From: Nannocystis bainbridge
GTDB lineage: Bacteria > Myxococcota_A > Polyangia > Nannocystales > Nannocystaceae
Assembly (NCBI RefSeq): GCF_028368995.1
Contig: NZ_JAQNDL010000005.1
Coordinates: forward strand, 96,001-160,000
Reading direction: 5' to 3'
DNA: 64,000 nt
Shown here: piece after piece, positions 18,856 through 29,257 of the stretch
Position numbering within the stretch: position 1 is the first letter of the stretch
How the letters are laid out: the number at the start of each line of letters is the position of its first letter
Notes under the pieces: generated by a model
What the model was told of the DNA's origin: nothing
The model's input: only the letters and a program-made list of their open reading frames with translations
Databases searched by the model: none
Program-made: the position numbers and the translations under genes

Positions 18856-19464
18856 ATGTCCGACTGGTCCCGAGACAGGCTCGTGCGCGCGCTCGACAGC
18901 CGCGATCCGGCCGAACTGCAGGCGCTCGTGACCGAGATCGAGCCGCCCGTCGTCGCCGGCCGCGCCCTGCTGTTTCACAAGAAACCGTGGCTCCGCGTCG
19001 GTCCCGAGCGCAGCAAGGAGGACGACGTGCAGTCCGTGCTGACATACCTGTTCAATCGCGACGCGAGGGTCCTCCGCAAGTTCGGCGAGAGCCCCGATTT
19101 CGTCCACAAGGAGGGCGCGCTGCGGCGATTCGTGATGGGAGTCACGATGCTTTGCCTGCAGAAGCTGTGTCGTAAACGGGCCCTCGCCTGGGAACTCCTG
19201 GAAGAGGACATGACCCCGACCGATCCCAGCGACCCTCCGGGCTCGAGCATCGAGGTGCTCGACCGCTGGATGGACGCGCGCCGGGCCGTCGGCGCGCTGT
19301 CGCCGGGCGACCAGCAACTGTTCGAGCTCGTCTATGACCAGCAACTATCGCAGGACGAGCTGTGCGAGCGGCTCGGCATCTCGGTGCAGACCTATCAACA
19401 GCGCAAATCGCGGCTCTTGCGGCGGCTCGCGCAGTTCTTGAAGCCCCAGGGAGAATCGGCATGA
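18856..19464 (+). CDS. ECF-type sigma-70 factor (divergent)
   Basis: Region-2-like EDDVQSV and a region 4 HTH (LSPGDQQLFELVY...ELCERLGISVQTYQQRKSRL). Confidence 0.75.
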   Translation: MSDWSRDRLVRALDSRDPAELQALVTEIEPPVVAGRALLFHKKPWLRVGPERSKEDDVQSVLTYLFNRDARVLRKFGESPDFVHKEGALRRFVMGVTMLCLQKLCRKRALAWELLEEDMTPTDPSDPPGSSIEVLDRWMDARRAVGALSPGDQQLFELVYDQQLSQDELCERLGISVQTYQQRKSRLLRRLAQFLKPQGESA

Positions 19465-20174
19465 AGGCCCCAGCGAGCACCACGAACCCCGCGACCGCGG
19501 ACGACGACGCGCTCGAGCAGGAGCTGCGCGCCCTGGGCGACATCCCCGAGCCGTGGCTGGCCGTCGGCGAGGGCCGCGTCGCGCCCGAGGCCGCGTTCCC
19601 GGGCGACCCCGCCCTGCGCGAACAGCTGGCGCCGCTCGACCCGTCGGCGCGCGCGCGCATGGCCGCGCACGCGCTCGCCACCCTCGCCGCCCCTGCCGCC
19701 GCGCCCGCGACCCCGCGGGCCGACAACGTGGTCCCGCTGGCCCCGCGGCGCGCTCGCTGGCTGGCCTGGACCGCCCCGCTCGTGGCCGCCGCTGCCGTGC
19801 TGCTGCTGGTCTTCTGGCCCGGCGGCCCGGCGCTCGACGGCACCGGCGCCGCCGAGGTGCGCGTATTCTCGGCCCTGCGCGGCGACGAGGCCGGCGGGAC
19901 CGAGCTGCGCGTCGCCGGCGGCGAGCACTTCTATCTCGAGTGCCGTGGCGACGATTCGCTCGAGATCGTGGCAGTGCGGGCCACCAAAGTCGGCGCTCCA
20001 GCCGACCCGCGGCTGCTCGGCGGCAAGCCGGCGCCGCAAGCCGACCGCGGCGAAACCCTGCACGTCCTCGCCGACCTCGGCCGCGGCGCGTGGGACGTGA
20101 CCTGCGGCGCGCGGCACCTGAAATCGGGGCAGTTCGTGTGGCTCGGCCCGCCCGCCCGCATCCACGTCGAATAG
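19461..20174 (+). CDS. Putative single-pass membrane anti-sigma factor
   Basis: ATGA overlap with the sigma stop, NVVPLAPRR followed by a TM helix (WTAPLVAAAAVLLLVFWP), and a C-terminal extracytoplasmic domain. Confidence 0.65.
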   Translation: MKAPASTTNPATADDDALEQELRALGDIPEPWLAVGEGRVAPEAAFPGDPALREQLAPLDPSARARMAAHALATLAAPAAAPATPRADNVVPLAPRRARWLAWTAPLVAAAAVLLLVFWPGGPALDGTGAAEVRVFSALRGDEAGGTELRVAGGEHFYLECRGDDSLEIVAVRATKVGAPADPRLLGGKPAPQADRGETLHVLADLGRGAWDVTCGARHLKSGQFVWLGPPARIHVE

Positions 20175-20189
20175 CCATTCGGGGCAGCG

Positions 20190-22427
20190 ATGAATCCGGC
20201 GATCCTGGCAGCGACGCTGTGGCTCCGGATCACCGGCCCCGAACCGGCGCCGGGCCCGGCCGCGACGCTGCGCGAGGAGCGACGCGCGGCCCACCGCAGC
20301 GGTGAGCCGCGACGCGAGCTCGAGCTCGTCCAGCGCGAGCTCGCCGCGCTCGCCGCTGATTCGCAGCAGCTCGCCGCCGCTTGCGACGCCGTCCAGGCCG
20401 GGTATCGCGTGTGCAGCGAGCGGCTGCCCGAGCTCGGCTGCGCTGGCGGGTATCTCCAGCGCTACGCCGACACTGGCTGCCTGACCGATGCGCTGCAATG
20501 GCCGCGCTATCACTATATGTGGGCCCTGCACTGGCAGCGGCAGCTCGAATTCACCGAGGCCCTCGCGGCCCTGCGGCGCGTCGTCGAAGCGGCCCAGCCG
20601 CTGTTCCTCGCGCGCCTGTTTCGCAGCGATCCGCAGGGCGCCGCCGAGTTCCTCGACCTCACCCGCGACCTCGCCGCCAGCGCCGCCGTGCGCACCGAGA
20701 TCGCCGCCCACCTGCGCAACCGCGTCGCGTGGCAGCGCAGCTTCGCCGCCCTGTCGCTGTTCCTCGAGGTCCTCGCGAGCGAGGGCGACGCCTACGCCGC
20801 GGCGATCCTGCGCAACCAGGTCGCGTGGGGCCTGCTGGTCCTGCGCGAGGCCGGCCTGCAGGTCGCCGACCCGGTCCCGCTGCTGACGGACGCGCTGACC
20901 ACCTTCACCCGCGACGGCACGCGCGACCGCTCGCAGGCCAACAACGTGCGCATCAACCTCGCGCTCGCGGCCCTGCAGCGCGGCGCCCTGGCCGACGTCG
21001 ACCGTGCGCTCGCGGGCCTCGACGACGCCGCCATGAGCCCGGAGGAGCGCATGTGGCTGGACATCGTCCGCCTGCGCGCGGCCCTGGCCCGCGGGCGCCT
21101 CGACGAGGCCGCGCAATGGCAGCAGTCGCTCGCCGACGCCGAGCCCGGCGCGTTCGTGCCGATGGGCCCATGGTTCGTCGCCTGGACCCGCGGCCTCGTC
21201 GCCGAGGCGCGCGGCGATCGTGACGCGGCGATCGCCGCCTACCAGGTCGCCGAAGCCCTGCTCGAGGCCCACGCGCACGCCCGCGACGTCGCCGCCTACG
21301 GCGCAGCCGCCGACGGCCGCTTTCGCATGTTCGCCGCCACCACCCGACGCTTGCTCGACCTGCGGATCGGCGACGGCGACGTCCGGGCCGCGCTCTGGCT
21401 GGCGCGGAACGCCCGCAATCGGGCCCTGCGCATGCACGCCCGCCAATGGTGCCAGGAGGCCGAGCGCCCGCGCGACGACGCTCCCGGCCCCGGCGCGCTG
21501 CACCTGCTGTATTTCCCGCTCGACCCGGCCGGCCCCGGCGACCTCGCCCCCTGGCTCGGCTTCGCCGTCACCGCCGCCGGCGTGCGCGCCGAGCTCCTCG
21601 ACGTCGCGCCCATCGTCGGCGATGCTCACCGCCTGTCCCGGGAGACACTCTCGACATTCAGCGAGCAACTGCTGGCCCCGTTCGCGGCCGACATCGACGC
21701 CGCCGAGGTCGTGACGATCTTCCCCACCGACGCCCTGCACGACCTGCCGTTCCACGCCCTGCCGTGGGACGGCGGCATCCTCCTCGACGCCGCGCCGGTG
21801 CAGTACGGCCTCGACATCGCCGCCTGCGACGACCCCTCGCCGCGCGCCGCCGCGGCCGCGCTGGTCGTCAGCGGCGGCGACTTTGCGTTGCCCGAGGAGG
21901 GTCGCGCCGTCACGGCCGCGCTGCAGGCCGGCGGCGTGCCCGTGCGCCACCTCGCCGCCGAAGCGCCCGAACCGTTCGCGCCGCTGTTGACCGGCGGCCT
22001 CGCGCTCGCGCACCTCGCCGCCCACGGCCAGCACCCGGTCGACGAGGCGGTGTTCGCCGCCGACGTCCAGCTCGTGTTCGGCGGCGCCCGGGTGCTCACG
22101 CGCGAGGCCATCCTCGCCGCGCCGGCGGTGCCGCGGCTCGTCTACCTGTCGGCGTGCCGCTCGTCGTTCGTCGACGCCGACACTCTCGGCGGCGGCCTCA
22201 GCCTCGCCCACGCGTTCCTGCTCCGCGGCGCGCGGCAGGTGGTCGGCTCCGTGCGCGACGTCGACGCCGACGCCACCCGCACCTTCGCGCTCGAGTTCTA
22301 CGCCGCCCTCGCCGCACCGGAGGGCGACGTCGCCGCGGCCTGGCGCACCGCCTACCTGTCCGCTCGCGCCAGCCTCGAGCCGAGCTTGCAGGGCGACCTG
22401 CGAATGCTGCGGCTGTTCGTGCCGTGA
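20190..22427 (+). CDS. TPR-like plus CHAT (caspase HetF-associated) protease
   Basis: CHAT motifs LHDLPFHAL, HLAAHG (catalytic His), LVYLSACRS (catalytic Cys) and AFLLRGARQVVGS; helical N-terminal region. Confidence 0.85.
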   Translation: MNPAILAATLWLRITGPEPAPGPAATLREERRAAHRSGEPRRELELVQRELAALAADSQQLAAACDAVQAGYRVCSERLPELGCAGGYLQRYADTGCLTDALQWPRYHYMWALHWQRQLEFTEALAALRRVVEAAQPLFLARLFRSDPQGAAEFLDLTRDLAASAAVRTEIAAHLRNRVAWQRSFAALSLFLEVLASEGDAYAAAILRNQVAWGLLVLREAGLQVADPVPLLTDALTTFTRDGTRDRSQANNVRINLALAALQRGALADVDRALAGLDDAAMSPEERMWLDIVRLRAALARGRLDEAAQWQQSLADAEPGAFVPMGPWFVAWTRGLVAEARGDRDAAIAAYQVAEALLEAHAHARDVAAYGAAADGRFRMFAATTRRLLDLRIGDGDVRAALWLARNARNRALRMHARQWCQEAERPRDDAPGPGALHLLYFPLDPAGPGDLAPWLGFAVTAAGVRAELLDVAPIVGDAHRLSRETLSTFSEQLLAPFAADIDAAEVVTIFPTDALHDLPFHALPWDGGILLDAAPVQYGLDIAACDDPSPRAAAAALVVSGGDFALPEEGRAVTAALQAGGVPVRHLAAEAPEPFAPLLTGGLALAHLAAHGQHPVDEAVFAADVQLVFGGARVLTREAILAAPAVPRLVYLSACRSSFVDADTLGGGLSLAHAFLLRGARQVVGSVRDVDADATRTFALEFYAALAAPEGDVAAAWRTAYLSARASLEPSLQGDLRMLRLFVP

Positions 22428-22556
22428 TGAATGGAGCGAGTGGGACGCCGATCGGACGTCGCCAAACCGCGCAGTGATGACGCTCACTGCATAGTTGCGA
22501 GTCACCGTATCAGCCAGGCCCGGCGCGTGGGCAAGACCTCCATACAGGAGCTCGAC

Positions 22557-24014
22557 ATGGATTACGCGCGAATTTCGACCTCTACACTCTCGGTCCTGGC
22601 GATCACGCTGCTCGCAGCCTCTACTGCCTGCGACGAGGGGCCCGGCGTCCGCTTGCGCGACCTCTCCGACCCTCTCGGCGACCCCCCGCTCGACGAGAGC
22701 CCCGGCGGCAGTTATTGCCGCGGCTGCGTCACCGACTTCCGCGTCCTGCCCGGCGAGACCGCGGGCACGTCTCACCTCGAGCTGTGCGTCGACCTCTCGG
22801 TCAAGCGCGTCGACTCGACCTCGACGCTGCCCGGCGCCGCCGCCAGCCCCGCGTGGTTCTCCGGCATCGCCTGGTCGCTGTGGAGCCGCGCCAACGACGT
22901 CCCCGTGTGCGAGGACTGCGAATTCACGGTGATCACATCGAAGCTCGAGCAGTTCGCCACCATCCGGATCTCCGACCTGCCCGCCGCGATCGCCGACGAC
23001 CTCGTGCGCATGGACATGGTGCTCGGCGCCGACCTCACCGCCTACCCGGCCAACCTGCGCGATTTCCCCAGCGTCGCCATCAGCCACCCCAGCGGCCCGT
23101 GGAGCTGCGGCAACTCCGAAGGCTCCGGCTGGCCCATCCCGCCCGATCCAGGCGGCTACGGCGACGACGACATCCTGCCGGACGACGAGATCGCGGCCGC
23201 CTCGGTCCACCTCACCTACGACTGGCCGCACGGCGGCGTGCGCTCGTGCAGCGGCGTGCTCGTGTCGCCGAGGCACGCGCTGACCGCCGCGCATTGCTTC
23301 CACCCGGACATCGCGCCCAAGCACGTGCGCGCCAGCATCGGCGTGCGTGACCCGGTGCTGCAGGCGATCGCGCCCGACCTCGAGGTCGCCGCGATCATCA
23401 CCCACCCGAGCTGGGACGGCGCCAAGCCGGCCCTCCGGTACGACCTCGCGCTCGTCGAACTCGCCCAGCCCGCGCTCGCCCAGCCCGCCCCGATCGCCGC
23501 GATCGATCCGCTGCTGGGCTGCGACGATTCGGCCGAGGTCTACGGCTTCGGCGTCGGCGCCGTCACGGCCGGTCAGTTCGACTGGGGCATCCTGCGCAAG
23601 GTCCGGCTCGACGCCCAGCCCGAGCTCTGCGTCGATCCCGGGGGCGAGCTGTGCGTCGACCCGCAGACGCTGCTCTCGTTCACCCCGCCTGACGGCCTCT
23701 CCGCCGCCGATCACGGCCTGTGCCACGGCGACAGCGGCGGCCCCGTCGTCGCCGCCTGCGGCGACCAGCGCTTCGTCGTCGGCGTCACCGCGGCGCGCGT
23801 GCTCGGCACCCCGGAGGGCCAGGACACCCCCGACGAGACCCCGCTCGAGCCGCTCGGGGCCGCCTTCGCGTTCACCAAGCACAACGTGTGCGGCCGCGAC
23901 GACGCCGTCGGCTTCGCCGCCACCCGCCTCGACAGCCCCGAGGTGCAGGCATGGCTGGGGAGCGTGATCGAGTGGCCGCACGGGATCGCGCTGCCGCCCC
24001 ACAACGAGAAGTGA
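22557..24014 (+). CDS. Trypsin-like (S1) serine protease, probable lipoprotein
   Basis: RBS CAGGAG, lipobox-like STAC, and the triad motifs LTAAHC, DLAL and GDSGGP. Confidence 0.88.
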   Translation: MDYARISTSTLSVLAITLLAASTACDEGPGVRLRDLSDPLGDPPLDESPGGSYCRGCVTDFRVLPGETAGTSHLELCVDLSVKRVDSTSTLPGAAASPAWFSGIAWSLWSRANDVPVCEDCEFTVITSKLEQFATIRISDLPAAIADDLVRMDMVLGADLTAYPANLRDFPSVAISHPSGPWSCGNSEGSGWPIPPDPGGYGDDDILPDDEIAAASVHLTYDWPHGGVRSCSGVLVSPRHALTAAHCFHPDIAPKHVRASIGVRDPVLQAIAPDLEVAAIITHPSWDGAKPALRYDLALVELAQPALAQPAPIAAIDPLLGCDDSAEVYGFGVGAVTAGQFDWGILRKVRLDAQPELCVDPGGELCVDPQTLLSFTPPDGLSAADHGLCHGDSGGPVVAACGDQRFVVGVTAARVLGTPEGQDTPDETPLEPLGAAFAFTKHNVCGRDDAVGFAATRLDSPEVQAWLGSVIEWPHGIALPPHNEK

Positions 24015-24118
24015 CGCGCGCGCGCGACGACCTCGCGCGCGCATCCGGCCGCCCGCGCGAGCGAGCGCGGATCCGCGTGCTCCGCCACAGATCGCGCGCG
24101 AACCCGAGACTGGCGCGC

Positions 24119-25135
24119 ATGCCCCTCGCGCTCCCGACCCCCCGCCACCTCCTTCCCCTGGCCGCGCTCGCGTCCGTGCTCGTCGCCTGCCCCAAGCCCG
24201 GCGATCCCGAGCAGGACGACGGCTCGGGCGCGCCTGACGACGGCACCACGGGCACCACGGCCCCCGGCGACAGCGCCGGCGTGGCCCCGACCACCAGCGC
24301 GGGGCCCGGCGACAGCGAGCCAACCAGCGCCGCCACGAGCGACAATTCCACCTCGGGACAGGAACCTTCGGACAGCACGACCGGGCCGCACGACAGCACC
24401 ACGGAGCCCGATCTCGGCGCCTGCCCCGACGATCCCGGGGGCGTCGAGGTCGCGCTCGTGCGGACCGAGCAGGGCCTCGTCACCGACCTCGGCGCGCGCG
24501 CTTGCGGCACCGCCGAGCCGTTCGCCGGCCTGCAGGTGATCGCCGCCGGCACCGATCACCTCGAGCTCTCGCGCTGCGCGGACGCGACCTGCGGCGCCTG
24601 CGATCCCGCTGACGTCCTCGCGCTCGCGCTCGCGCGGCCTGACGACGCCGTCGGCCTGCCCGCGCACCTGAGCGCGGGTGACTGCCTGCAGCTCGAAGTC
24701 GCCTGGACCCGCGCCGGCGCCGATCCGCTGCAGTGCGAGATCGGCGGCCTCGCCGTGCTCGGCCTCCGCCGCGGCCAGCCAGAACCTGTCCCGAAGTTCA
24801 TGTACCGCCACGCCGCCGCCGTCCCGCACGGCGACGACCTCGGCCCGTTCGGCCTCACCGCCGTCCCGCACGGCCCGGGCGCGATCGCCTGCGCGTGCGA
24901 CGGCGACTGCTGCGACGGGCCGCCCGGCGACCGCCGCCTCCGCTTCATCGCCGCCCTGTGGAACGCCGAGATCGAGAGCGGCCCGGTCGATCCCGGCGCC
25001 ACCATCCCGCTGTTCGCCTTCGGCACCCCCGAGGGCGACGACCTCTACGGCGACCTCTCCCTCGTCCGCGCCCGCGTCCCCAGCGACTGCGGCGCGGCCG
25101 GCTACGAGTGGCTGCTGAGCGTCGCCCCCGGTTGA
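24119..25135 (+). CDS. Hypothetical Cys-containing lipoprotein with a Ser/Thr stalk
   Basis: Lipobox LVAC, Thr/Ser linker and GC3-rich codons. Confidence 0.7.
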   Translation: MPLALPTPRHLLPLAALASVLVACPKPGDPEQDDGSGAPDDGTTGTTAPGDSAGVAPTTSAGPGDSEPTSAATSDNSTSGQEPSDSTTGPHDSTTEPDLGACPDDPGGVEVALVRTEQGLVTDLGARACGTAEPFAGLQVIAAGTDHLELSRCADATCGACDPADVLALALARPDDAVGLPAHLSAGDCLQLEVAWTRAGADPLQCEIGGLAVLGLRRGQPEPVPKFMYRHAAAVPHGDDLGPFGLTAVPHGPGAIACACDGDCCDGPPGDRRLRFIAALWNAEIESGPVDPGATIPLFAFGTPEGDDLYGDLSLVRARVPSDCGAAGYEWLLSVAPG

Positions 25136-25176
25136 GCCTGCGGGCCGCGCGGCCCGGGTGGTAGCATCCGCGACCG

Positions 25177-26094
25177 ATGATCGTCACCAGCCCGGCGGAC
25201 TTTCTGGCCGCCCTCCCCGAGCAGATCGAGGCCCGCGGCGCGTGGGGCAAGCCGACCATGTCGGCCGCGCTCGTCGTCAGCCCGATCGGCTTCCGGATCA
25301 GCCCCGAGCCGACCGACAACGCCTACATGCAGTCGGGCGAGATCGACCCGGAACGCGCGTTCGCCCAGCACCACGGCCTCGTCCGGGCCCTCGGCGCCTG
25401 CGGCCTCCCGGTCCTCGTCGTCCCCGGCCGCGACGGCCTCGACGACGCGGTGTTCCCCAACAACGCCTTCGCCACCATCCCCGACCGCCTGATCGTCGGC
25501 TCGATGCGTCACCCCGTCCGCCGCGCCGAGGCCGCCCGCGACGACGTGCGCGACCTCTTCACCTGGACTTTCGGACATGCCCTCACGGACCTGTCCCAGA
25601 AGCCAGGCGTGTCCGAGCTGACCGGCCCGCTGGTGATCGACCGCCGCCGCGGCATCGGCCTGTGCGGCCTCAGCCAGCGCGCCGACGAGCTCGGGTGCGC
25701 CGCCATGCACGCCGCCTTCGGCCTGCGCCTGACGTTCCGCTTCGCCCTCCAGCCGGACGAGTACCACACCAACGTCGTGCTCGCGGTGCTGGCCGGGCGG
25801 GCCTGCGTGGTCCACCCGGGCTCGTTCGCCGACCCCGAGGTCCCGGCCGCGATCGCGCGCGCCTACGAAGGCCGCACGCTCGAGCTCGACGACGCGGAGA
25901 AGCAGGCGTTCGCCGCCAACTGCATCGCCGTCGGCGAGCGCGACCTGCTGCTCAGCGCCACCGCCCACCGCGCGCTCCGCCCGGCCTCGCGCGCCGCGCT
26001 CGAGGGCTGGGATTTCCGCCTGCACCCGGTCGAGGTCGACGAGTTCGAAAAAGCCGGCGGCAGCCTGCGCTGCATGATCGCCGAGATCTTCTAA
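25177..26094 (+). CDS. Amidinotransferase / arginine deiminase-related hydrolase (CtlX-like)
   Basis: DAVFPNN, YHTNV and a C-terminal GGSLRCMIAEIF carrying the catalytic Cys. Confidence 0.85.
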   Translation: MIVTSPADFLAALPEQIEARGAWGKPTMSAALVVSPIGFRISPEPTDNAYMQSGEIDPERAFAQHHGLVRALGACGLPVLVVPGRDGLDDAVFPNNAFATIPDRLIVGSMRHPVRRAEAARDDVRDLFTWTFGHALTDLSQKPGVSELTGPLVIDRRRGIGLCGLSQRADELGCAAMHAAFGLRLTFRFALQPDEYHTNVVLAVLAGRACVVHPGSFADPEVPAAIARAYEGRTLELDDAEKQAFAANCIAVGERDLLLSATAHRALRPASRAALEGWDFRLHPVEVDEFEKAGGSLRCMIAEIF

Positions 26095-26110
26095 AAAGCG
26101 GGCGGCCCCG

Positions 26111-26276
26111 AGACCTGTCTTTCGGGACATCCATCATCCCGCCTGGTCCGCGGGACCGTCGGGTTTCTCGACCTGCCTCTCGGGACATGCCGACCGCCCT
26201 CCGTGACATGACTCTCGGGACAGGCGACAGCCTCGACATCTTCGCCCCTCCGCGACCTGCACTTTCAGACATGTGA
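26111..26276. repeat. Cluster of four 14-bp-spaced motif pairs
   Basis: Core pairs 26114/26128, 26172/26186, 26207/26221 and 26256/26270, downstream of the stop codon. Confidence 0.8.
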
Positions 26277-26396
26277 CGTCGGCGCACGCCGACCGGGCCC
26301 TGCCGGCGACATCGGTGAGCGCCGGTCCGCAGCCGCGAGCCTCGCGCGAGCGCGCCCGGCCATGCGCCCGCGGGCCGCTGCTAGACTCGCCGCGCC

Positions 26397-27656
26397 ATGC
26401 GGACGCTCTCGATCTCCTTGCTGCTGCTGCTGCCCCTCGCCTGCACCGGCGGCGACCCCGGCGACACCGACGCCTCGTCGACCACCACCACGACGGCCAC
26501 GTCCACCGCTGCGACCGAGACCTCGGACCCGACCAGCACCACGAGCACCACCGGCACCTCGGCGGAAGTCACCGACACCGACGCCCCCACGACCGCGGAG
26601 CTCACGACCTCCACCAGCACCACCGGCCCCGTCGAGCCGACCGGCACCACCGGCACGAGCGACGACAACACCACCGGCGAGCCCGTGGAGCCGCCCGCGA
26701 TCCATTACGTCGGCCGCCACGACGCCAGCGATCCCGCCGCCATTCGCATGGGTTGGTCCGGCGCCGGCGCCGTGGTCCGCTTCGAAGGCACCGACCTCCA
26801 CGTGAACCTCGACGACAACGGGCGGTGGTTCACCGTCGTCGTCGACGGCGAGGTCCAGCCGCCCCTGGCCACCCAGCCCGGCGCGAACACCTACCCGCTC
26901 GTCACCGGCCTCACGCCCGGCGAGCACACCGTCGAGCTCTACCGCCGCACCGAGGGCTCGTTCGGAGTCACAAAGCTGCTCGGCTTCGACATCACCGGCG
27001 AGCTGCTCGCCCCGCCGCCGGTGACGCGGCGGATCCAGGTCATCGGCGACTCGATCTCCTGCGGCTACGGCAACGAAGGCGTGTCTCCGTGCAACTTCAG
27101 CGCCGAGACCGAGAATCACTACCTCACCTACGGCGCGATCGCGGCCCGGGCCGTCGGCGCCGAGCTCCACACCATCGCCTGGTCGGGCAAGGGCATGGTC
27201 AACAACTACGGCGACGACGTGTTCGAGCCGATGCCGCAGATCTACGACCGCACGGTCGCCGGCGACAAGGACACGCTGTGGGATCACGCGCAGTGGCAGC
27301 CCGACGTCGTCGTCATCAACCTCGGCACCAACGACTTCAGCACCGACAAGGACCCGGCAGAGAACGTGTTCGTGCCCGCCTACGTCGCCTTCTTGACCCA
27401 CCTGCGCGAGGTCTACCCCGACGCCTTCATCCTCCCGGTCGCCCCGCTGCTGTGGGGCAACGAGGCGACCATGGTCGCCGGCTACTTGCAGAGCGTCGTC
27501 GACCAGCGCCACCAGGCGGGCGACCTGGATGTCGCCTTCGTCGACATCAACGCCATGGCGATCGGCATCGGCTGCGACGGTCACCCGAGCGTCGCCACCC
27601 ACGCGGCCATGGGTCAGAAGCTGGCCGACGCGCTCGGCGAGCAGCTCGGCTGGTGA
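26397..27656 (+). CDS. SGNH/GDSL esterase (CE2 acetylxylan-esterase-like) lipoprotein
   Basis: Motifs IGDSISCGYG, AWSGKG, INLGTNDF and GHP; lipobox PLAC followed by a Thr stalk. Confidence 0.88.
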   Translation: MRTLSISLLLLLPLACTGGDPGDTDASSTTTTTATSTAATETSDPTSTTSTTGTSAEVTDTDAPTTAELTTSTSTTGPVEPTGTTGTSDDNTTGEPVEPPAIHYVGRHDASDPAAIRMGWSGAGAVVRFEGTDLHVNLDDNGRWFTVVVDGEVQPPLATQPGANTYPLVTGLTPGEHTVELYRRTEGSFGVTKLLGFDITGELLAPPPVTRRIQVIGDSISCGYGNEGVSPCNFSAETENHYLTYGAIAARAVGAELHTIAWSGKGMVNNYGDDVFEPMPQIYDRTVAGDKDTLWDHAQWQPDVVVINLGTNDFSTDKDPAENVFVPAYVAFLTHLREVYPDAFILPVAPLLWGNEATMVAGYLQSVVDQRHQAGDLDVAFVDINAMAIGIGCDGHPSVATHAAMGQKLADALGEQLGW

Positions 27657-27672
27657 ACCGCCCGGCGGCCCG

Positions 27673-29118
27673 CTACGACGCCACCGAAAGGCTGCGCCCG
27701 CGGATGTCCTCGACCAGCGCCCCCGGCAATTGCTTCGTGCGCGAGAACTCGCGCATGTGGCGGATCGGCAGCTCGCCGAGCGACGCGATCGTCTGCTCGC
27801 CGATCTTCTCGACGTACTTGCGCGGGGCGAACGCGATCAGTTCGTCGCCGCCCGCGGGCGTCTGCGCCAGCACCTCGAGCAGCGCGTCGAGCGAGTTCAT
27901 CTTCATGAACGGGCAGGTCGCGCAGCCGCCCGCGGTCGAGCAGCCCTCGCCGCCGGCCACGCCCGGCACCAGCGGCAGGTGCACGTCGCCGGTCGCCACC
28001 ACCGCGGCGTCGGCCACCGGGAACACGATCTCGACCTCGACCGGGCGCGGCAGCGTCTGCAGCAGCGCTCGCACCTGGTGGACGATCGCCGTCACCATGC
28101 CCGCCTCGGTCCCGAGCACGAACTGCAGGCGCACCGGTGACCTGTCCCCGGGGACAGCCCCGACCCGCTTCACCTCGGCGGCGATGTAGTCGAGGATGTT
28201 CGAAGTCGACCCGACCACCCCGCGACCGTGACGCTGGGCCTCCAGCGCCAGCGCGAACATCTCGCCCGGCACCTCGAGGTGGGCCGTGACGTGGGCGTCC
28301 GCGTAGTCGTCCTGGACCCGCCGCACCACCTCGCCGCCGAACATGTGGTGGACGATGCACGAGCCCTGCTCGAAGTGATGGAACCGGGGCAGCAGCGCCC
28401 GCACGCTGGCGGCGTCGTGGCCCGGGTGGAGCGCGCGCACGGCCGCGTCGTCCATGCCCGCCAGGCTCGACAGCAGCGCCCGCAGGTTCTCGCCCATGTA
28501 CGTGTCGGGCCCGAACCACACGTGGCCCTCGGGCACCTGCGCGAACGCCTGCAGCACCGTCTGGATCACGTTCGACGAGGTGCAGGTGATCGTCGGCACC
28601 AGCGATTGCGCGTACGCCTTGGTCCGCAGGCTGGTGTTGATATAGACGACGTGCAGCGAGTCGGGCGTCTGCGACGCGCGTCGCAGGTAGGCCGCGTAGG
28701 CCGGCGCCTCGGCGGCCGCCGCCAGCGAGCAGCCGATCGGCTCTTGCGACACGCGGTAGACCGGCACGTGCTCGAACCCCGCGGCGTCCATCACCGCGCG
28801 CACGTTCTCGGACATGAAGTCGACCCCGAGCACGATGATCGCCCGCGCACCCTCGCGGGCCATCTGCAGCGCCCGGTCGGCCATCACCAGCGAGTCCGAG
28901 ATGTGGATGTGCGGCCAATCGCAGGCGAACAGCACGCCCTGCAATTCGGCGTCCATGTAGAAGTGGGCCACGATCCCCGCGCCGCTGGCCTCGAGCAGCT
29001 CGCGCAGCCGCCGCACGGTGGCCGGATCGGGGTCGAGGAACGCCGCCTGGGCCTCCGCAAAGGCCCCCTGGGCGGTCGCGCCGCCGGCGCTGAGCACGAG
29101 CGAAGGGAACGGCTGCAT
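27673..29118 (-). CDS. nadA: Quinolinate synthase NadA (long, plant-QS-like type)
   Basis: Motifs VAHFYMD, ISDSLVMA, GVDFMSEN, GCSLA, YINTS, CTSSN, CIVH and CPFMKMN, including three Fe-S cysteines. Confidence 0.9.
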   Translation of the reverse strand: MQPFPSLVLSAGGATAQGAFAEAQAAFLDPDPATVRRLRELLEASGAGIVAHFYMDAELQGVLFACDWPHIHISDSLVMADRALQMAREGARAIIVLGVDFMSENVRAVMDAAGFEHVPVYRVSQEPIGCSLAAAAEAPAYAAYLRRASQTPDSLHVVYINTSLRTKAYAQSLVPTITCTSSNVIQTVLQAFAQVPEGHVWFGPDTYMGENLRALLSSLAGMDDAAVRALHPGHDAASVRALLPRFHHFEQGSCIVHHMFGGEVVRRVQDDYADAHVTAHLEVPGEMFALALEAQRHGRGVVGSTSNILDYIAAEVKRVGAVPGDRSPVRLQFVLGTEAGMVTAIVHQVRALLQTLPRPVEVEIVFPVADAAVVATGDVHLPLVPGVAGGEGCSTAGGCATCPFMKMNSLDALLEVLAQTPAGGDELIAFAPRKYVEKIGEQTIASLGELPIRHMREFSRTKQLPGALVEDIRGRSLSVAS

Positions 29119-29257
29119 CGCCGCAAAGCCTAGTGCCCGGGCCCCCCTGTTTCAACCGCCGCACGCACGATTCGGCCACCACCTGCACCGCGAGAATTCA
29201 CGCCACCTCACGCGCATCGGCCCTCGCCCGCACGCCGGGCTCGGCTAGCGTCCGGCC

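Noticed and set aside
19395-24323. 1642-aa ORF on the - strand
   Set aside because: It is the antisense shadow of the anti-sigma, CHAT and trypsin genes and has no recognisable domain.
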